A stretch of 64,000 nucleotides of DNA from Promethearchaeati archaeon SRVP18_Atabeyarchaeia-1 (GCA_037308085.1 CP147779.1:896001-960000), one strand, 5' to 3'; positions 46,552-56,989 are shown, counted from the first letter of the stretch. The notes: generated from the sequence alone by a model not told the origin. Translations and numbers: made by a program.

Positions 46552-48549
46552 GTGTTAACACCTTACGACCCATGGCTCGTCTGGATAATCCCGATGATAG
46601 GCGCATTAGTCGTACCCCTAATTGGGCACTTCGCCAAGTCAGAGACAAGTGGAAGAATCCGAGACATAATAGCAGTCGCCTTCTCTGGAGTCGCCGTCGT
46701 CTTCGCCATATTCATGATTCCTAGTGCGCAAATGAATGCCGACTTCCAGATCACTTGGATTCCGACCCTTGGAATAAAAGCTGGAGTGCTCGTGGATCCC
46801 CTCAGCGTCTTCGTCACTAACGTGGCGGCTGACATCGGCTTTCTGATAATGCTCTATAGCATCGGGTACATGAAGAAAGAGCAAGACATGGACCGATACT
46901 GGTTCTTCATGCTATTCTTCATAGGTGGAATGATCCTTCTCGTCATGTCGGACAACCTTCTGCAACTATTCCTTGGCTGGGAGATAGTGGGAACATGCTC
47001 ATGGGGGCTTATTGGGTACTGGTACAAGAAAAGCACGGACTACGATGACCCATGGATAGGGCAGATGGCTGAAGGTGACTACAACGCCCACGCAGGAATG
47101 AAGGCATTCATAACGACGCGCGTTGGAGACATTGCTCTTCTCACAGCCATTCTACTGATCTTCGTGTTTTCAGGTACCTTCAACTACGCTCAACTAGCAA
47201 GCAGTGCGACTTGGGCAGTCAACTTAGCTTCCGCTGGCCTCCTAATTCCAGTGGCACTGATGTTCTTTGGTGGACCAATTGGCAAGTCCGCTCAGTTTCC
47301 TCTAGACGTTTGGCTTATGGAGGCAATGGCTGGTCCAACAACGGTTAGCGCGCTCATCCACGCCGCCGCAATGGTCAAAGCGGGCGTCTACCTTGTTGCA
47401 AGGTTCCTTCCGATTTTTCTTATTGCGGCAGCAGGAATACCGGGCGCTTCACTATTCCCCATGGTTGTAGCTGGCATCGGAGCGTTCACAGCCTTCCTTG
47501 CCGCAACAATGGGAACCGTGCAAAGGGAAATAAAGAAGGTACTCGCTTGCTCAACGATAAGTCAACTCGGGTTCATGTTCATGGCGCTTGGTGTTGGTGG
47601 ACTTCTACCCGACTTCCAGTCAGGATATGCAGCGGGCACGTTGCAGCTAGCCGTTCACGCGATCTTCAAGGCGCTCCTCTTCTTGGGCGCAGGAGCGGTT
47701 CTTCACTCTGTGGAGTCAATCTACATGGACGATATGGGTGGTCTGAGGAAGAGGATGCCGATCACCTTCATCTGTATGCTGGTTGGCGCGCTCTCCCTGT
47801 CTGGCATACCGCCATTTGCAGGGTTCTTCAGCAAAGAAAGCATATTCGATGTGCTATGGGCTGGAGGGCAAAGCAGTATCTTCATAATGGTAGTGTTCAT
47901 CATGGCTGCATTGACTGCCACTTTCACAGTGTTCTATAGTTTCAGAATGATCGGTCTTGCATTCTTTGGTCCTGAGAGCAAACACATCAAGGAGCTCGTA
48001 CATGAAGGGCATGAGGTTCACGAGGCACCCAAGATAATGTGGATTCCATTAGTGATCTTGGCTGCATTTACAGTATTCTTTGGATTTCTGGGTCCCCAAT
48101 TTGACAGCTACATAACTGGTCTTCCTCCAGTATCGCTTATTGCGTGGCTGACAGAGATCTTTGTCTCTCCGACGTTCGTGATCACCCTGCTAATAATAGC
48201 TGTAGGGTTCATACCCGCATTCTTCCTGTACATCAGGAGAAGCGTCGCCGCCGAGAAACCTACAAAGAGAGGTGGGGTCCTCGGGGGGATCCGCAAGTTC
48301 TTCTTCAGCAGGTGGTACATTAACGCTTTCTACTACAAGGTCTTCGTCAACGGGTTCCTATCACTGTGCAGGAAAATAAGGGGCACAGTTGAAGAAAAGG
48401 GAATTGACCGGTTCAACTACCGTTCGGCTCGAGGTTTTGGACGCATAAGCAACGCCCTCAGAAAGATACACACAGGCATCCTAACCGTAAACCTGATCTA
48501 CATAGTCGCTGGCGTGCTGCTGTTCCTCCTCATATTGTTACTTGCTTAG
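46552..48549 (+). CDS. NuoL-like antiporter subunit
   Basis: GWEIVG, KAFITTRVGD, GKSAQFPL..WL..AMAGPTTVSALIHAA, HAIFKALLFL. Confidence 0.92.
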   Translation: MLTPYDPWLVWIIPMIGALVVPLIGHFAKSETSGRIRDIIAVAFSGVAVVFAIFMIPSAQMNADFQITWIPTLGIKAGVLVDPLSVFVTNVAADIGFLIMLYSIGYMKKEQDMDRYWFFMLFFIGGMILLVMSDNLLQLFLGWEIVGTCSWGLIGYWYKKSTDYDDPWIGQMAEGDYNAHAGMKAFITTRVGDIALLTAILLIFVFSGTFNYAQLASSATWAVNLASAGLLIPVALMFFGGPIGKSAQFPLDVWLMEAMAGPTTVSALIHAAAMVKAGVYLVARFLPIFLIAAAGIPGASLFPMVVAGIGAFTAFLAATMGTVQREIKKVLACSTISQLGFMFMALGVGGLLPDFQSGYAAGTLQLAVHAIFKALLFLGAGAVLHSVESIYMDDMGGLRKRMPITFICMLVGALSLSGIPPFAGFFSKESIFDVLWAGGQSSIFIMVVFIMAALTATFTVFYSFRMIGLAFFGPESKHIKELVHEGHEVHEAPKIMWIPLVILAAFTVFFGFLGPQFDSYITGLPPVSLIAWLTEIFVSPTFVITLLIIAVGFIPAFFLYIRRSVAAEKPTKRGGVLGGIRKFFFSRWYINAFYYKVFVNGFLSLCRKIRGTVEEKGIDRFNYRSARGFGRISNALRKIHTGILTVNLIYIVAGVLLFLLILLLA

Positions 48550-48566
48550 GATGGTGATACCCCAAA

Positions 48567-50075
48567 ATGGTGTTAATGGAATACTTGGGCTTGGCTCCTA
48601 GCTCAACACTAGTGCTTGCATTCCTCACATTGTTTGCAGCAGCTCTGATAGTGTACGGAATAGGTCACCTTGCTGGAAAATACACTGGCTGGATAGCTGC
48701 CCTTGCGTCACTGATCTCGACTTTGCTTATGCTCGACATAGTGATGCCCGCATCCACAACTGGCGTATTGGCAGGACCATACACGTGGATTCCAGCATTC
48801 TTGAATGTCGGACTCTACGCGGACGGTCTAAGCTACCCGATCGTCCTGATGATAAGCGCACTTGGCACGATAACACTGTTCTACTCAGCAATCGATATGA
48901 AAGAGAGTGAAAGTCCGAGAGCCTACTACGGGAACATGCTTCTCTTCATAGGAGGAATGATCGGAGTCGTATTGTCAACCAACCTTATTGAATTCATCCT
49001 ATTCTGGGAGGTAATGCTGCTTCCGTCCTTCATCATTATCTCGATGTTTGGTGTCACCGAAGAGAGGAGAACAAGCGCCCTCAAGTACTTCCTCTATACG
49101 CACTTCGGGAGCGCTTTCCTGTTTGCAGGAGTCTTTATTATCGGCTTTCTTGCTAGCCCCTATACGGTTCCGCCGTCTAACGCGTTTGACTTGTCTGCGA
49201 TTGGGGCAGCTATGCCCACAATGCTATCTGTCGCGCGGGGAGCATTACTAGGTGCTGCACTTATGATTCTCGTAGCATTCGCCGTGAAGATGGCAATCTT
49301 TCCACTCCACACATGGTTGCCATCAGCATACTACGACGCGCCAATACCTGCGACGCTTCTCTTAAGTTCAGCTATGACGAAGACTGCGGCGTACGGAATT
49401 GTTAGGATACTGATCCTGTTCTTGGCGCCCCAGCTCGTCGACTGGAGACTTGGACTGATGATAGTTGCACTAGTAACAATGTACTACGGAGGAATACTCG
49501 CGCTAGCCCAGGACAACTTGAAGAGCATGCTTGCCTACTCGAGCATGAGCCAAATGGGGTACATACTCTTCGGACTGGCCACACTGACACTCTACGGCGG
49601 TCTCGGAGGGGTGTTTCACATAATTAACCACGGAATCGCCATAGCGGTTATGTGGCTGACCTGCGGGATCCTGCTAAAGCAGGCAGGCTCATTCGAGTTC
49701 AACAAGCTAAGAGGACTGGGCGCGAAGATGCCTGTGACCGCAATGTGTGCCGTGATTGCGGGGCTTGGGTTAGCAGGAACTCCACCCTTAGCTGGATTTC
49801 AGAGCGAAGTGCTCATCTTCCTTGGAGGAACCATCTACCCTGTACTGCTCCTACTAGCAATAATAGCCACAGCGCTCACAGCGGGATACTACCTTTGGGC
49901 CGTGAGGCGAATCTTCTTTGGTCCGATAAAGGCTAGTCTGAAGGGAGTTGAAGATGCTCCAAGAGGAGTTCGGCTGTTGCTACTCATCCTGACGTTCTTC
50001 ATTGTCGTCTTCGGAATAATACCAAATCTGATCCTAGGAGTGATAAACCCAATACTGGCTACGGTTCTGCACTAG
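48567..50075 (+). CDS. NuoM-like antiporter subunit
   Basis: FWEVMLLP, AFAVKMAIFPLHTWLP, AYSSMSQMG. Confidence 0.9.
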   Translation: MVLMEYLGLAPSSTLVLAFLTLFAAALIVYGIGHLAGKYTGWIAALASLISTLLMLDIVMPASTTGVLAGPYTWIPAFLNVGLYADGLSYPIVLMISALGTITLFYSAIDMKESESPRAYYGNMLLFIGGMIGVVLSTNLIEFILFWEVMLLPSFIIISMFGVTEERRTSALKYFLYTHFGSAFLFAGVFIIGFLASPYTVPPSNAFDLSAIGAAMPTMLSVARGALLGAALMILVAFAVKMAIFPLHTWLPSAYYDAPIPATLLLSSAMTKTAAYGIVRILILFLAPQLVDWRLGLMIVALVTMYYGGILALAQDNLKSMLAYSSMSQMGYILFGLATLTLYGGLGGVFHIINHGIAIAVMWLTCGILLKQAGSFEFNKLRGLGAKMPVTAMCAVIAGLGLAGTPPLAGFQSEVLIFLGGTIYPVLLLLAIIATALTAGYYLWAVRRIFFGPIKASLKGVEDAPRGVRLLLLILTFFIVVFGIIPNLILGVINPILATVLH

Positions 50076-50090
50076 GGGTGAGATCAATCA

Positions 50091-51614
50091 ATGGTTATCG
50101 ACCCATACATACTGCTGCCAATAATAATCTCGGGCATTTCGGCAATAGCAACCTTCACACTAGGAACGCTCGCTGAAAAATACAAGATCAGGCGGGTGCC
50201 GGAGGCACTCAGCTTCATTGGTCTTGGGGCGACCTTTGCCTCAGTTCTGTACCTCTTATATAGATCGGCATCTCAAGTTCTAACATACTCCTACGTCTTC
50301 GGACCGCCGTCGGGGGCTATGCTTGAAGCAGACCTCGCGAGTCTATTTATGGCGGCTCTCATTTCTGGGCTCGGTTTCGTAGTAACGATCTACTCGATCG
50401 GCTACATGAAGCATGATACAGGCTTGCCGAAGTACTATTCTTTGCTTCAGCTACTCGTTACGGGCATGACTGGCGTGGTCTTTGCTGGCGATCTGTTCAC
50501 ATTATTCGTATTCTTCGAAATGATGGCCATCTGTTCATACGTCCTCGTTGCCTTCAGGAAATCAGAGTGGGAGCCGGTTGAGGCTGGAATGAAGTATCTA
50601 TTCATGGGCGCCCTCGGAAGCACAACCGTGCTCTACGCTATATCTTTTCTTTACGGAATCACTGGAACGCTAAACATAGGAATGATCGGGACGCAACTAC
50701 GAAGTGGACTTGTCACCCCTGGTGTGGTCTCCATAGGCACACTTCTGATCGTGTTGCTGATAGGAGGATTTGGGGTCAAAGCTGCCATAGTGCCGATGCA
50801 CACGTGGTTGATAGACGCTCACCCAGCCGCACCGAGCGGGATCTCATCAATGTTATCTGGTGTAGTCATAGAGACTGCCCTATTCGCGCTCATTAGAATA
50901 CTCTTTGTCGACTTCCCGTACGCCACCTTCGACTGGCGACCTCTGATCGGCTTCATAGCAATTATCACGATGATTGTAGCCTCGATATCGGCACTGATGC
51001 AGACTGACCTCAAGCGTTTACTTGCATATTCTAGCATCCTGAACATAGGATTCATATTGATAGGTTTTGCCGTCGTCACAAGTTCCAACAACCTAGGTCC
51101 AACTGCGAGTTTCTTCCAGATCCTAAATCACGCAATAGCGAAGGGTCTCCTCTTCTTGTGCGCTGGGGCATTTCTCCACGCTGCTGGGACGAGGGATCTG
51201 GGTCAGCTGAGTGGCATTGGGAAGAAGATGCCTTGGACGGCCCTGGCCTTTGGCATTGGCGCTTTTGCAATAGCTGGGGTTCCCCCGCTGAATGGCTTCT
51301 ACAGCAAGATTCTGCTGCTCTGGTCCGCCGCACAGTTGGGAGGTCTCATCGGGTACTCACTACTTATATTCGGACTGTTCAGCAGCGCGATCGCCATATA
51401 CTTCTACCTGAGGATCGTCCAGACCATAGCCTTTGGAGAGCCGTCGAGAAAACTGTCTGATGTCAAGGAAGCACCGAGAACGATGCTCTTCGGAATGCTG
51501 GTCTTGGCTGCCTTATGCATAATAATCGGCGTTTACCCGACACCCTTCTACAACTTCGTTCAACAGGTGGCCTCAGCCCTAGCAAACTTCACTAGCTACA
51601 TTACCCCGCCGTAG
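50091..51614 (+). CDS. NuoN/MrpD-like antiporter subunit
   Basis: FFEMMA, EAGMKY, KAAIVPMHTWL, LKRLLAYSS. Confidence 0.9.
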   Translation: MVIDPYILLPIIISGISAIATFTLGTLAEKYKIRRVPEALSFIGLGATFASVLYLLYRSASQVLTYSYVFGPPSGAMLEADLASLFMAALISGLGFVVTIYSIGYMKHDTGLPKYYSLLQLLVTGMTGVVFAGDLFTLFVFFEMMAICSYVLVAFRKSEWEPVEAGMKYLFMGALGSTTVLYAISFLYGITGTLNIGMIGTQLRSGLVTPGVVSIGTLLIVLLIGGFGVKAAIVPMHTWLIDAHPAAPSGISSMLSGVVIETALFALIRILFVDFPYATFDWRPLIGFIAIITMIVASISALMQTDLKRLLAYSSILNIGFILIGFAVVTSSNNLGPTASFFQILNHAIAKGLLFLCAGAFLHAAGTRDLGQLSGIGKKMPWTALAFGIGAFAIAGVPPLNGFYSKILLLWSAAQLGGLIGYSLLIFGLFSSAIAIYFYLRIVQTIAFGEPSRKLSDVKEAPRTMLFGMLVLAALCIIIGVYPTPFYNFVQQVASALANFTSYITPP

Positions 51615-51752
51615 AAGACTCGTGCAAGAAACCACTCACTTCTCTTTGTTCACTAGCTTCCCTAGGTGTGAAGTTCCATAAGCGCCGTCGGGCTTCCGAA
51701 GGCAATAGATTCAGGAGAAACCGTATAATACGTTTCGTGGCTGTAGAACACT

Positions 51753-52031
51753 ATGGCAAGCAAGGAGAGTCGGAAGCGGCGTCGAAGACCTGTGAAGCTA
51801 CCAAGCGTCTACAGATATATGGCGCTGGGTTTTCTACTGCCCATCTTGGTGTTCAGTGGGATGGTCTTGGGGTACAACTATGGGAAGCCTTATGGCGATT
51901 TCAGCGCAACACTCTTTGCCGCCTTGGGTAGCATAGCAGGTCTGATCATAGCAAGTACGATGATCGTTGAGATTGCCCTCTTCTGGGACAGAAAGATACT
52001 CCGCCAAACAAAGGCAAGAAAGTCCAGCTAG
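51753..52031 (+). CDS. AtpZ-like two-TM membrane protein
   Basis: LGF..PI......LGY..G...G pattern resembling the ATPase gene1/AtpZ family. Confidence 0.5.
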   Translation: MASKESRKRRRRPVKLPSVYRYMALGFLLPILVFSGMVLGYNYGKPYGDFSATLFAALGSIAGLIIASTMIVEIALFWDRKILRQTKARKSS

Positions 52032-52268
52032 CCTAGGGGAAAGGATAGACGACATCTGGCAAGGCATTCTGGATCTAGGTTGACTGCCAAGCGCGTCAGG
52101 GTTCTAACAATATGTGAATCTGTAGACAAGTTGAGGCGAGAAAAGGGAAATTAGCGCGCTAAGTGCTAGGAATCGCCCGTGTATTTTAGTTACCGGAGAA
52201 TTCTAATGGTGTTTAAAAGCGAGGGTCGCCTATTGTCCTTGCTAAAACCGACAACGAGGGAGTTAGAT

Positions 52269-52556
52269 TTGTCTAGAGAATCAAATATCGTATACGTGGG
52301 TACAAATCCGCCGATGGATTACGTTTTGTGGATTATAAGAGGTTTCAGCGGGGCGAACGTCAAAGAAGTCACTGTTAAGGCGAGAGGGCAAGCAATATCT
52401 ACTGCAGTCGACGCTGTCGAGATAACCAGAAACAGATTGATGACAGGTCTGGAGATAGGCAATATCACTATAGGTACCGAAGAAATGCCGCCAAGAGAAG
52501 GCGAAGGCAGAGCAAAGCTGGTTTCAACGATCGAAATTATTCTGACACGAAAGTAG
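52269..52556 (+). CDS. albA: Alba DNA/RNA-binding protein (divergent paralog)
   Basis: KARGQAISTAVDAVE, IGTE, VSTIEI; TTG start after SD GAGGGA. Confidence 0.88.
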   Translation: MSRESNIVYVGTNPPMDYVLWIIRGFSGANVKEVTVKARGQAISTAVDAVEITRNRLMTGLEIGNITIGTEEMPPREGEGRAKLVSTIEIILTRK

Positions 52557-52742
52557 ATGTGAATAGTACGTACTTGATAAAATAGCTCTTCAATTCCTTC
52601 TCGTCAGGTCTGTTCTCGAATCGGTTCAGCTTGGCAAACTTATGGCGCGCGCTGTCTCAAAGAAATTCTAGAAACCATAGAGAAGAAGTAATGATCAATC
52701 CTAGTACCAGGTAAGCTGACTTCCGTTTAGTTGATGTTGGAG

Positions 52743-52916
52743 ATGTATCGTATGACCAGACTGGGTAATAATCCACTCAGAGAGCACCTAAGTATTATCA
52801 AGTACCAGATTCAGTATGCCAAAATGAAACTCAATCACTGCAACTGCCTCGCCGATTACAACTACTACCAGTCACAGATAGAGTCTCTTCAAGAAGAGCT
52901 TAAGCTACTAGAATAA
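52743..52916 (+). CDS. Small hypothetical coiled-coil protein
   Basis: 57-aa ORF with SD GGAG; heptad-like C-terminus. Confidence 0.45.
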   Translation: MYRMTRLGNNPLREHLSIIKYQIQYAKMKLNHCNCLADYNYYQSQIESLQEELKLLE

Positions 52917-53305
52917 GCTCCTTGACTGCCTTCTCCCTTTTTAGATAGAGTTAGAATAGCTAGGAGACTCTTAGACTTCAGTACCACCCACACTCTTTCT
53001 TTGTCATCCGCTATGCTACGTACGTCAATATACCTGTCGATCTTCTCTTGGCGCGCATGTGTGGTGCTGACTCCCAATAACGCGTTTGGCACCATTTTGA
53101 GGTGTGATCGAAACTTCTTTCCGACCCAATACCCTTATATCTGAAAAAAGTCTTTAGAAATAAAGCTGCTGGAGGCACGTTCTCTTTCTAGAAAGGCTCG
53201 GAAACCTTGCAGAACTGTGATGCAGGACGTTCTTTGTCTTTTTCAGGAGAGGAATGTACTCAAGAGCTTGTATAAAGAAAAACGAACTGAGGTGTGAAGT
53301 AGAAG

Positions 53306-53614
53306 ATGTCTTACAGAAGAGGGTCAGGCGGCGACTTCCGCGGTGGTTATGGCGGCGGAGGCAGGTCTTTCGCACCCAAACCCGTCGAAGTTGGCAAAGT
53401 ATACGACCTTGAAGTGACCGACACCAGCAAACGCGGTGAAGGTGTAGCGAAGGTCGAGGGACTTGTGGTTTTCATCCCAGGTGCGAAACCTGGGCAGAAA
53501 CTTAAGGTTAAGATAACCCGAGTTAGCCAACGCTTTGCCATCGGCGAACCGGCTGGAGCTGGCGGAGAAGAAGAAGCCGAGGAAACTGGCGTTAAAACCG
53601 CAGAAGATGAGTAA
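53306..53614 (+). CDS. Single TRAM-domain RNA-binding protein with Gly/Arg-rich N-terminus
   Basis: PKPVEVG...GEGVAKVEGLVVFIPG..PG...KVKI...FA. Confidence 0.9.
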   Translation: MSYRRGSGGDFRGGYGGGGRSFAPKPVEVGKVYDLEVTDTSKRGEGVAKVEGLVVFIPGAKPGQKLKVKITRVSQRFAIGEPAGAGGEEEAEETGVKTAEDE

Positions 53615-54176
53615 GCTCTCCAGAACCAAGGTTTGCGAGAGCAACTCCCAGTAGTTTGTGAAGGTAGGGTCATACGGTGGATTCTTTTTTTGGACCGGCA
53701 ACCCTTCACTATTTTTTAAGACCCTGCTGACTAAGATGACCCCATAGGTAAATATGACTTTGATTGAAGTTTAGCGGTTCGAGATCCGATAACGGGTTTA
53801 TGCAAGTCCCGTCGTTTTACCCTTTCCTCTACGCATGGATTCCTCTACTCTTCGACTTCGCATCTAGACCATCCTAAATCGCGCTGGATGCGCGATTAAC
53901 GCGCTTACAAAGTGTTCAGGGGTCCGCGATTTCCTGCTGCAGCCAAGAAATCAATAGCATTAGGAACGTCACGAATAACTCTTTTGCAAGTAAAGAAATT
54001 GTGATAGTCCGCACCAATTATCTGAGCCGAGATACTCTCTTAGATTTGTCAACTTGGTTATTACGCGAGTTACAAAAGAGTAAAGGCCAGCATACCAAAA
54101 AGCAGACTGGGCGCGTGTTTCGAAGCAAATCTCTTCGATGTCGATAATATCGCTTTTCCCAGAGCTTACAAATAAG

Positions 54177-55465
54177 GGTCCTGTTACCTCTTCGGTTGGT
54201 GAGTTTAAATAAGAGCTTTGGGTTGTCTAGTTTTATGCAGGCAGCTAAAGCGGTGCAAATACCGTACGAGCCCAAAAGTTGCGTTCTCAGCCTCCTCGAA
54301 ACCTTCAGAGATATGGTTAACTATTGTATCCAAGTTGGCCTAGAGAGGAATATGGCCTCAAGGTTCAGGCTACAAAGTGAGGTATACCACCAGCTAAGCC
54401 GTTTCGGACTCCACACCTGGTACACCCTCTCAGCCGTCGAGGTTGCCTGTGCTATTTTGAAGAACTACCGGAAAGCGAAGAGAAAGCGGCAGGACGTTAG
54501 GGTGCCGAGAGCCACGAAACTCACGGCTAAACTGGGAAATCAGGGTTATAGAGTTGTTGAAGGCGAACTGAGAATACCGATCAAGCCAAGAGAGTTCTTC
54601 TACGTCCCCTTGCACAAGAGGGCAGCGCAGTTCCTATCGGACGCCACGCTCAAGTTAGGCTCAATAACCTTGACTAGCACGGTTTCAGTGGTCTTCTCGA
54701 AGACCGCTGAGGTCACCGAACCGAGAAGCTATGTGGCGTACGACACGAATGAACGCTCAATAGATGGAGCCTACGTAAACGATGAGGCGGAACTGACTGT
54801 TGAAAGCCATGATTTATCGAGGGTTTCCGAGGTTAGGCACGGGTACTTTGAGCGAGTGCGGAGGACTCAAGCCAAGTACGCGAGAGATAGGCGGGTGGCA
54901 CGGAAAATCCAGAGGAAGTGGTTCGCCAACCAGAACAACAAGGTCAACACGATCTTGCATCAGGTGAGTTCAGCGATAGTTGGAAAAGCGAAAACCAGGG
55001 AGCACGGTATTATCCTCGAAGACCTTAAATATATTCGCAGGGCAATTAACAGAAGAATCTTGGGCGTCAACAGCTTCAACGGGAAAATTCAGAAGATAAG
55101 TAAGCACTCTAAGAAACTTAAGCGAAGACTGAACTCATGGAGCTTCCGCAAGCTGCAAACCTTCATTGAATACAAGGCATTGTGGACGGAAGTCAAAGTA
55201 GTCAAGGTGAACCCTTGGAATACTTCTGGGGTCTGTGCGGTGTGTGGGTGCGTTATGCGAGACCCGAAAGCGAAAACCCTGGAATGCTGCGGGATAGGCC
55301 GCCACGTAAATGCCTGCTTGAACATGCTGAAAGCCCAAGATGAAAGCCTGCGGTTCAGGCTGGATCGCTCCGCACATGTAGCCGTGATTAGTCCCCTAAG
55401 CAAGGCTATGAGCCAAAGCGGAGAAGTTAACCCAAACGGTTATCAAGCGCAGAGGTAACAGAACC
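54177..55465 (+). mobile_element. Second TIR-bounded TnpB element
   Basis: TIRs 54177-54202 and 55440-55465 (21/26 match); flanks CAAATAAG and TAAATAGG (6/8 degenerate TSD). Confidence 0.8.
54235..55458 (+). CDS. tnpB: TnpB-family protein with atypical RuvC-III (GRHVNA)
   Basis: VAYDTN, ILEDL, WSFRKLQTFIEYKA, CAVC...CC, GRHVNACLN. Confidence 0.88.
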   Translation: MQAAKAVQIPYEPKSCVLSLLETFRDMVNYCIQVGLERNMASRFRLQSEVYHQLSRFGLHTWYTLSAVEVACAILKNYRKAKRKRQDVRVPRATKLTAKLGNQGYRVVEGELRIPIKPREFFYVPLHKRAAQFLSDATLKLGSITLTSTVSVVFSKTAEVTEPRSYVAYDTNERSIDGAYVNDEAELTVESHDLSRVSEVRHGYFERVRRTQAKYARDRRVARKIQRKWFANQNNKVNTILHQVSSAIVGKAKTREHGIILEDLKYIRRAINRRILGVNSFNGKIQKISKHSKKLKRRLNSWSFRKLQTFIEYKALWTEVKVVKVNPWNTSGVCAVCGCVMRDPKAKTLECCGIGRHVNACLNMLKAQDESLRFRLDRSAHVAVISPLSKAMSQSGEVNPNGYQAQR

Positions 55466-55536
55466 TAAATAGGTATTAACCACTACTTTCCTACATCGCC
55501 GCTACGTTTGGATGCACAGAGAGAGGCGACCTCGCA

Positions 55537-56601
55537 TTGTACATAGGGATGCCACGGAAATATGCGTATCTAAATGCGAAGATCAGGGCATTGATATCTA
55601 AGATGCTTAGTGCAGGAGACTACGAGAAGATCCTCCAATCCGACACGTTCGAGGAAAGCGCTAGGCTGCTGAGCACAACGGTCACTGGTGGCGAACTTGT
55701 TGAGGCGCTCACCAGACCGCAGGTAGACCTGTTTGAAGTTGACCAGGCCCTCTCCAACATCTATGCAAAGTCATTCAAAATGATATGCGAATATGCACCC
55801 AAGCAAGCTAGGCTTTTCCTAGCGACTTACTACAGCAAGATAGATGTGGACGCCCTCAAGACGATAATTCGCGCAGTGCACAGCGGAATACCGAAGGATG
55901 AGGCACTAAGATATGTTATAACGACTTCCGAGAAGAAGCGGAACGAGTATTCGAAACTCTCCGAGTCACAGTCCGTGGCTCAACTGGTGGAAGAGGTTCA
56001 AGATAGAGTCCTGAGGCAAGCAGCGATAAACGCGCTTCCTCTATACGAGTCCACCCATTCGAGCGTTCCCTTGGAGGCATCCCTCGACAGGACACTTTAC
56101 AGTCTGTTATGGGAACAGATCATCAAACTCCGTTCGATAGACAGAACCCATGCAAAGAGCTTGGTTGGGGCGAGAATAGACCTGACCAACATGCTAATCG
56201 CTTTGAGGTCTCGAGAGCTGAACTTTGGTCCGAGTGTGTTGGAACTTGTCACGATACCAGTCAGCTACAAGTTGAAGCTCAGCATGGATGACATAGCAAA
56301 AACACGCACCGCGGGAGAGTTGCTAAACATCTTCTCAGGCACCGCATACAGGGAAGTGGCTCAACAGGCACGGGAACTATTTGAGAAGGAGCCCGACCTG
56401 ACTCAGATAGAGAGCCTGGCGGACCGCTACATTGCCCACCAGAGTTTCCGAGAGTTTGCTGGCTACTCATTCCATGTCGGTATTGCCTTAGCATACCTAA
56501 ACCTTAAATTCTATGAGTTACGTAACATCAAGGCGTCAATAATAGGAAAATATGAGAAAATCCCCGCGCAGAGAATCCGTAACGTACTAATATTCTTCTA
56601 A
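55537..56601 (+). CDS. atpC: A/V-type ATP synthase subunit C
   Basis: YAYLNAKIRA, IDLTN, LAYL..K..ELRNIK. Confidence 0.85.
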   Translation: MYIGMPRKYAYLNAKIRALISKMLSAGDYEKILQSDTFEESARLLSTTVTGGELVEALTRPQVDLFEVDQALSNIYAKSFKMICEYAPKQARLFLATYYSKIDVDALKTIIRAVHSGIPKDEALRYVITTSEKKRNEYSKLSESQSVAQLVEEVQDRVLRQAAINALPLYESTHSSVPLEASLDRTLYSLLWEQIIKLRSIDRTHAKSLVGARIDLTNMLIALRSRELNFGPSVLELVTIPVSYKLKLSMDDIAKTRTAGELLNIFSGTAYREVAQQARELFEKEPDLTQIESLADRYIAHQSFREFAGYSFHVGIALAYLNLKFYELRNIKASIIGKYEKIPAQRIRNVLIFF

Positions 56602-56653
56602 TTGAAGTAGACAAATCTTGTTTCCGATGCAAATAGGAGGTTTGCGAGAAACT

Positions 56654-56989
56654 ATGCCAAAGAATCAGAAAGGTAAGAAGCCCATCATTACCCACAAGAC
56701 GCTGATTCTGCTAGTCGCAGTAATAGCCGCAGTGTCTGCAACGGTGACGATGGTTAGCGCCCAAGAGGATCCGCTTTACAGAGGCCTGATAGGAGTCGGA
56801 GTAGGTTTAGCTATGGGTCTGGCTGGTCTAGGCGCAGGTTTAGGCATGGGATCGGCAGGCGCTGCCGCAGTTGGCGCTATTAGCGAGCGGCCAGAAGTGT
56901 TCGGCAAGGCAATGATCTTCATAGTCTTCATTGAGGCTATTGGAATCTATGGTCTGCTGATAGCATTCATGCTGATAGGCAAGATATAG
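56654..56989 (+). CDS. atpK: A/V-type ATP synthase proteolipid subunit K (c)
   Basis: GLAGLGAGLG, SERPE, FIEAIGIYGL; signal-like N-terminus. Confidence 0.9.
   Translation: MPKNQKGKKPIITHKTLILLVAVIAAVSATVTMVSAQEDPLYRGLIGVGVGLAMGLAGLGAGLGMGSAGAAAVGAISERPEVFGKAMIFIVFIEAIGIYGLLIAFMLIGKI

Noticed and set aside
53620-54168. Possible tRNA or ncRNA in the long intergenic region
   Set aside because: No cloverleaf, T-loop consensus or convincing conserved structure found by eye
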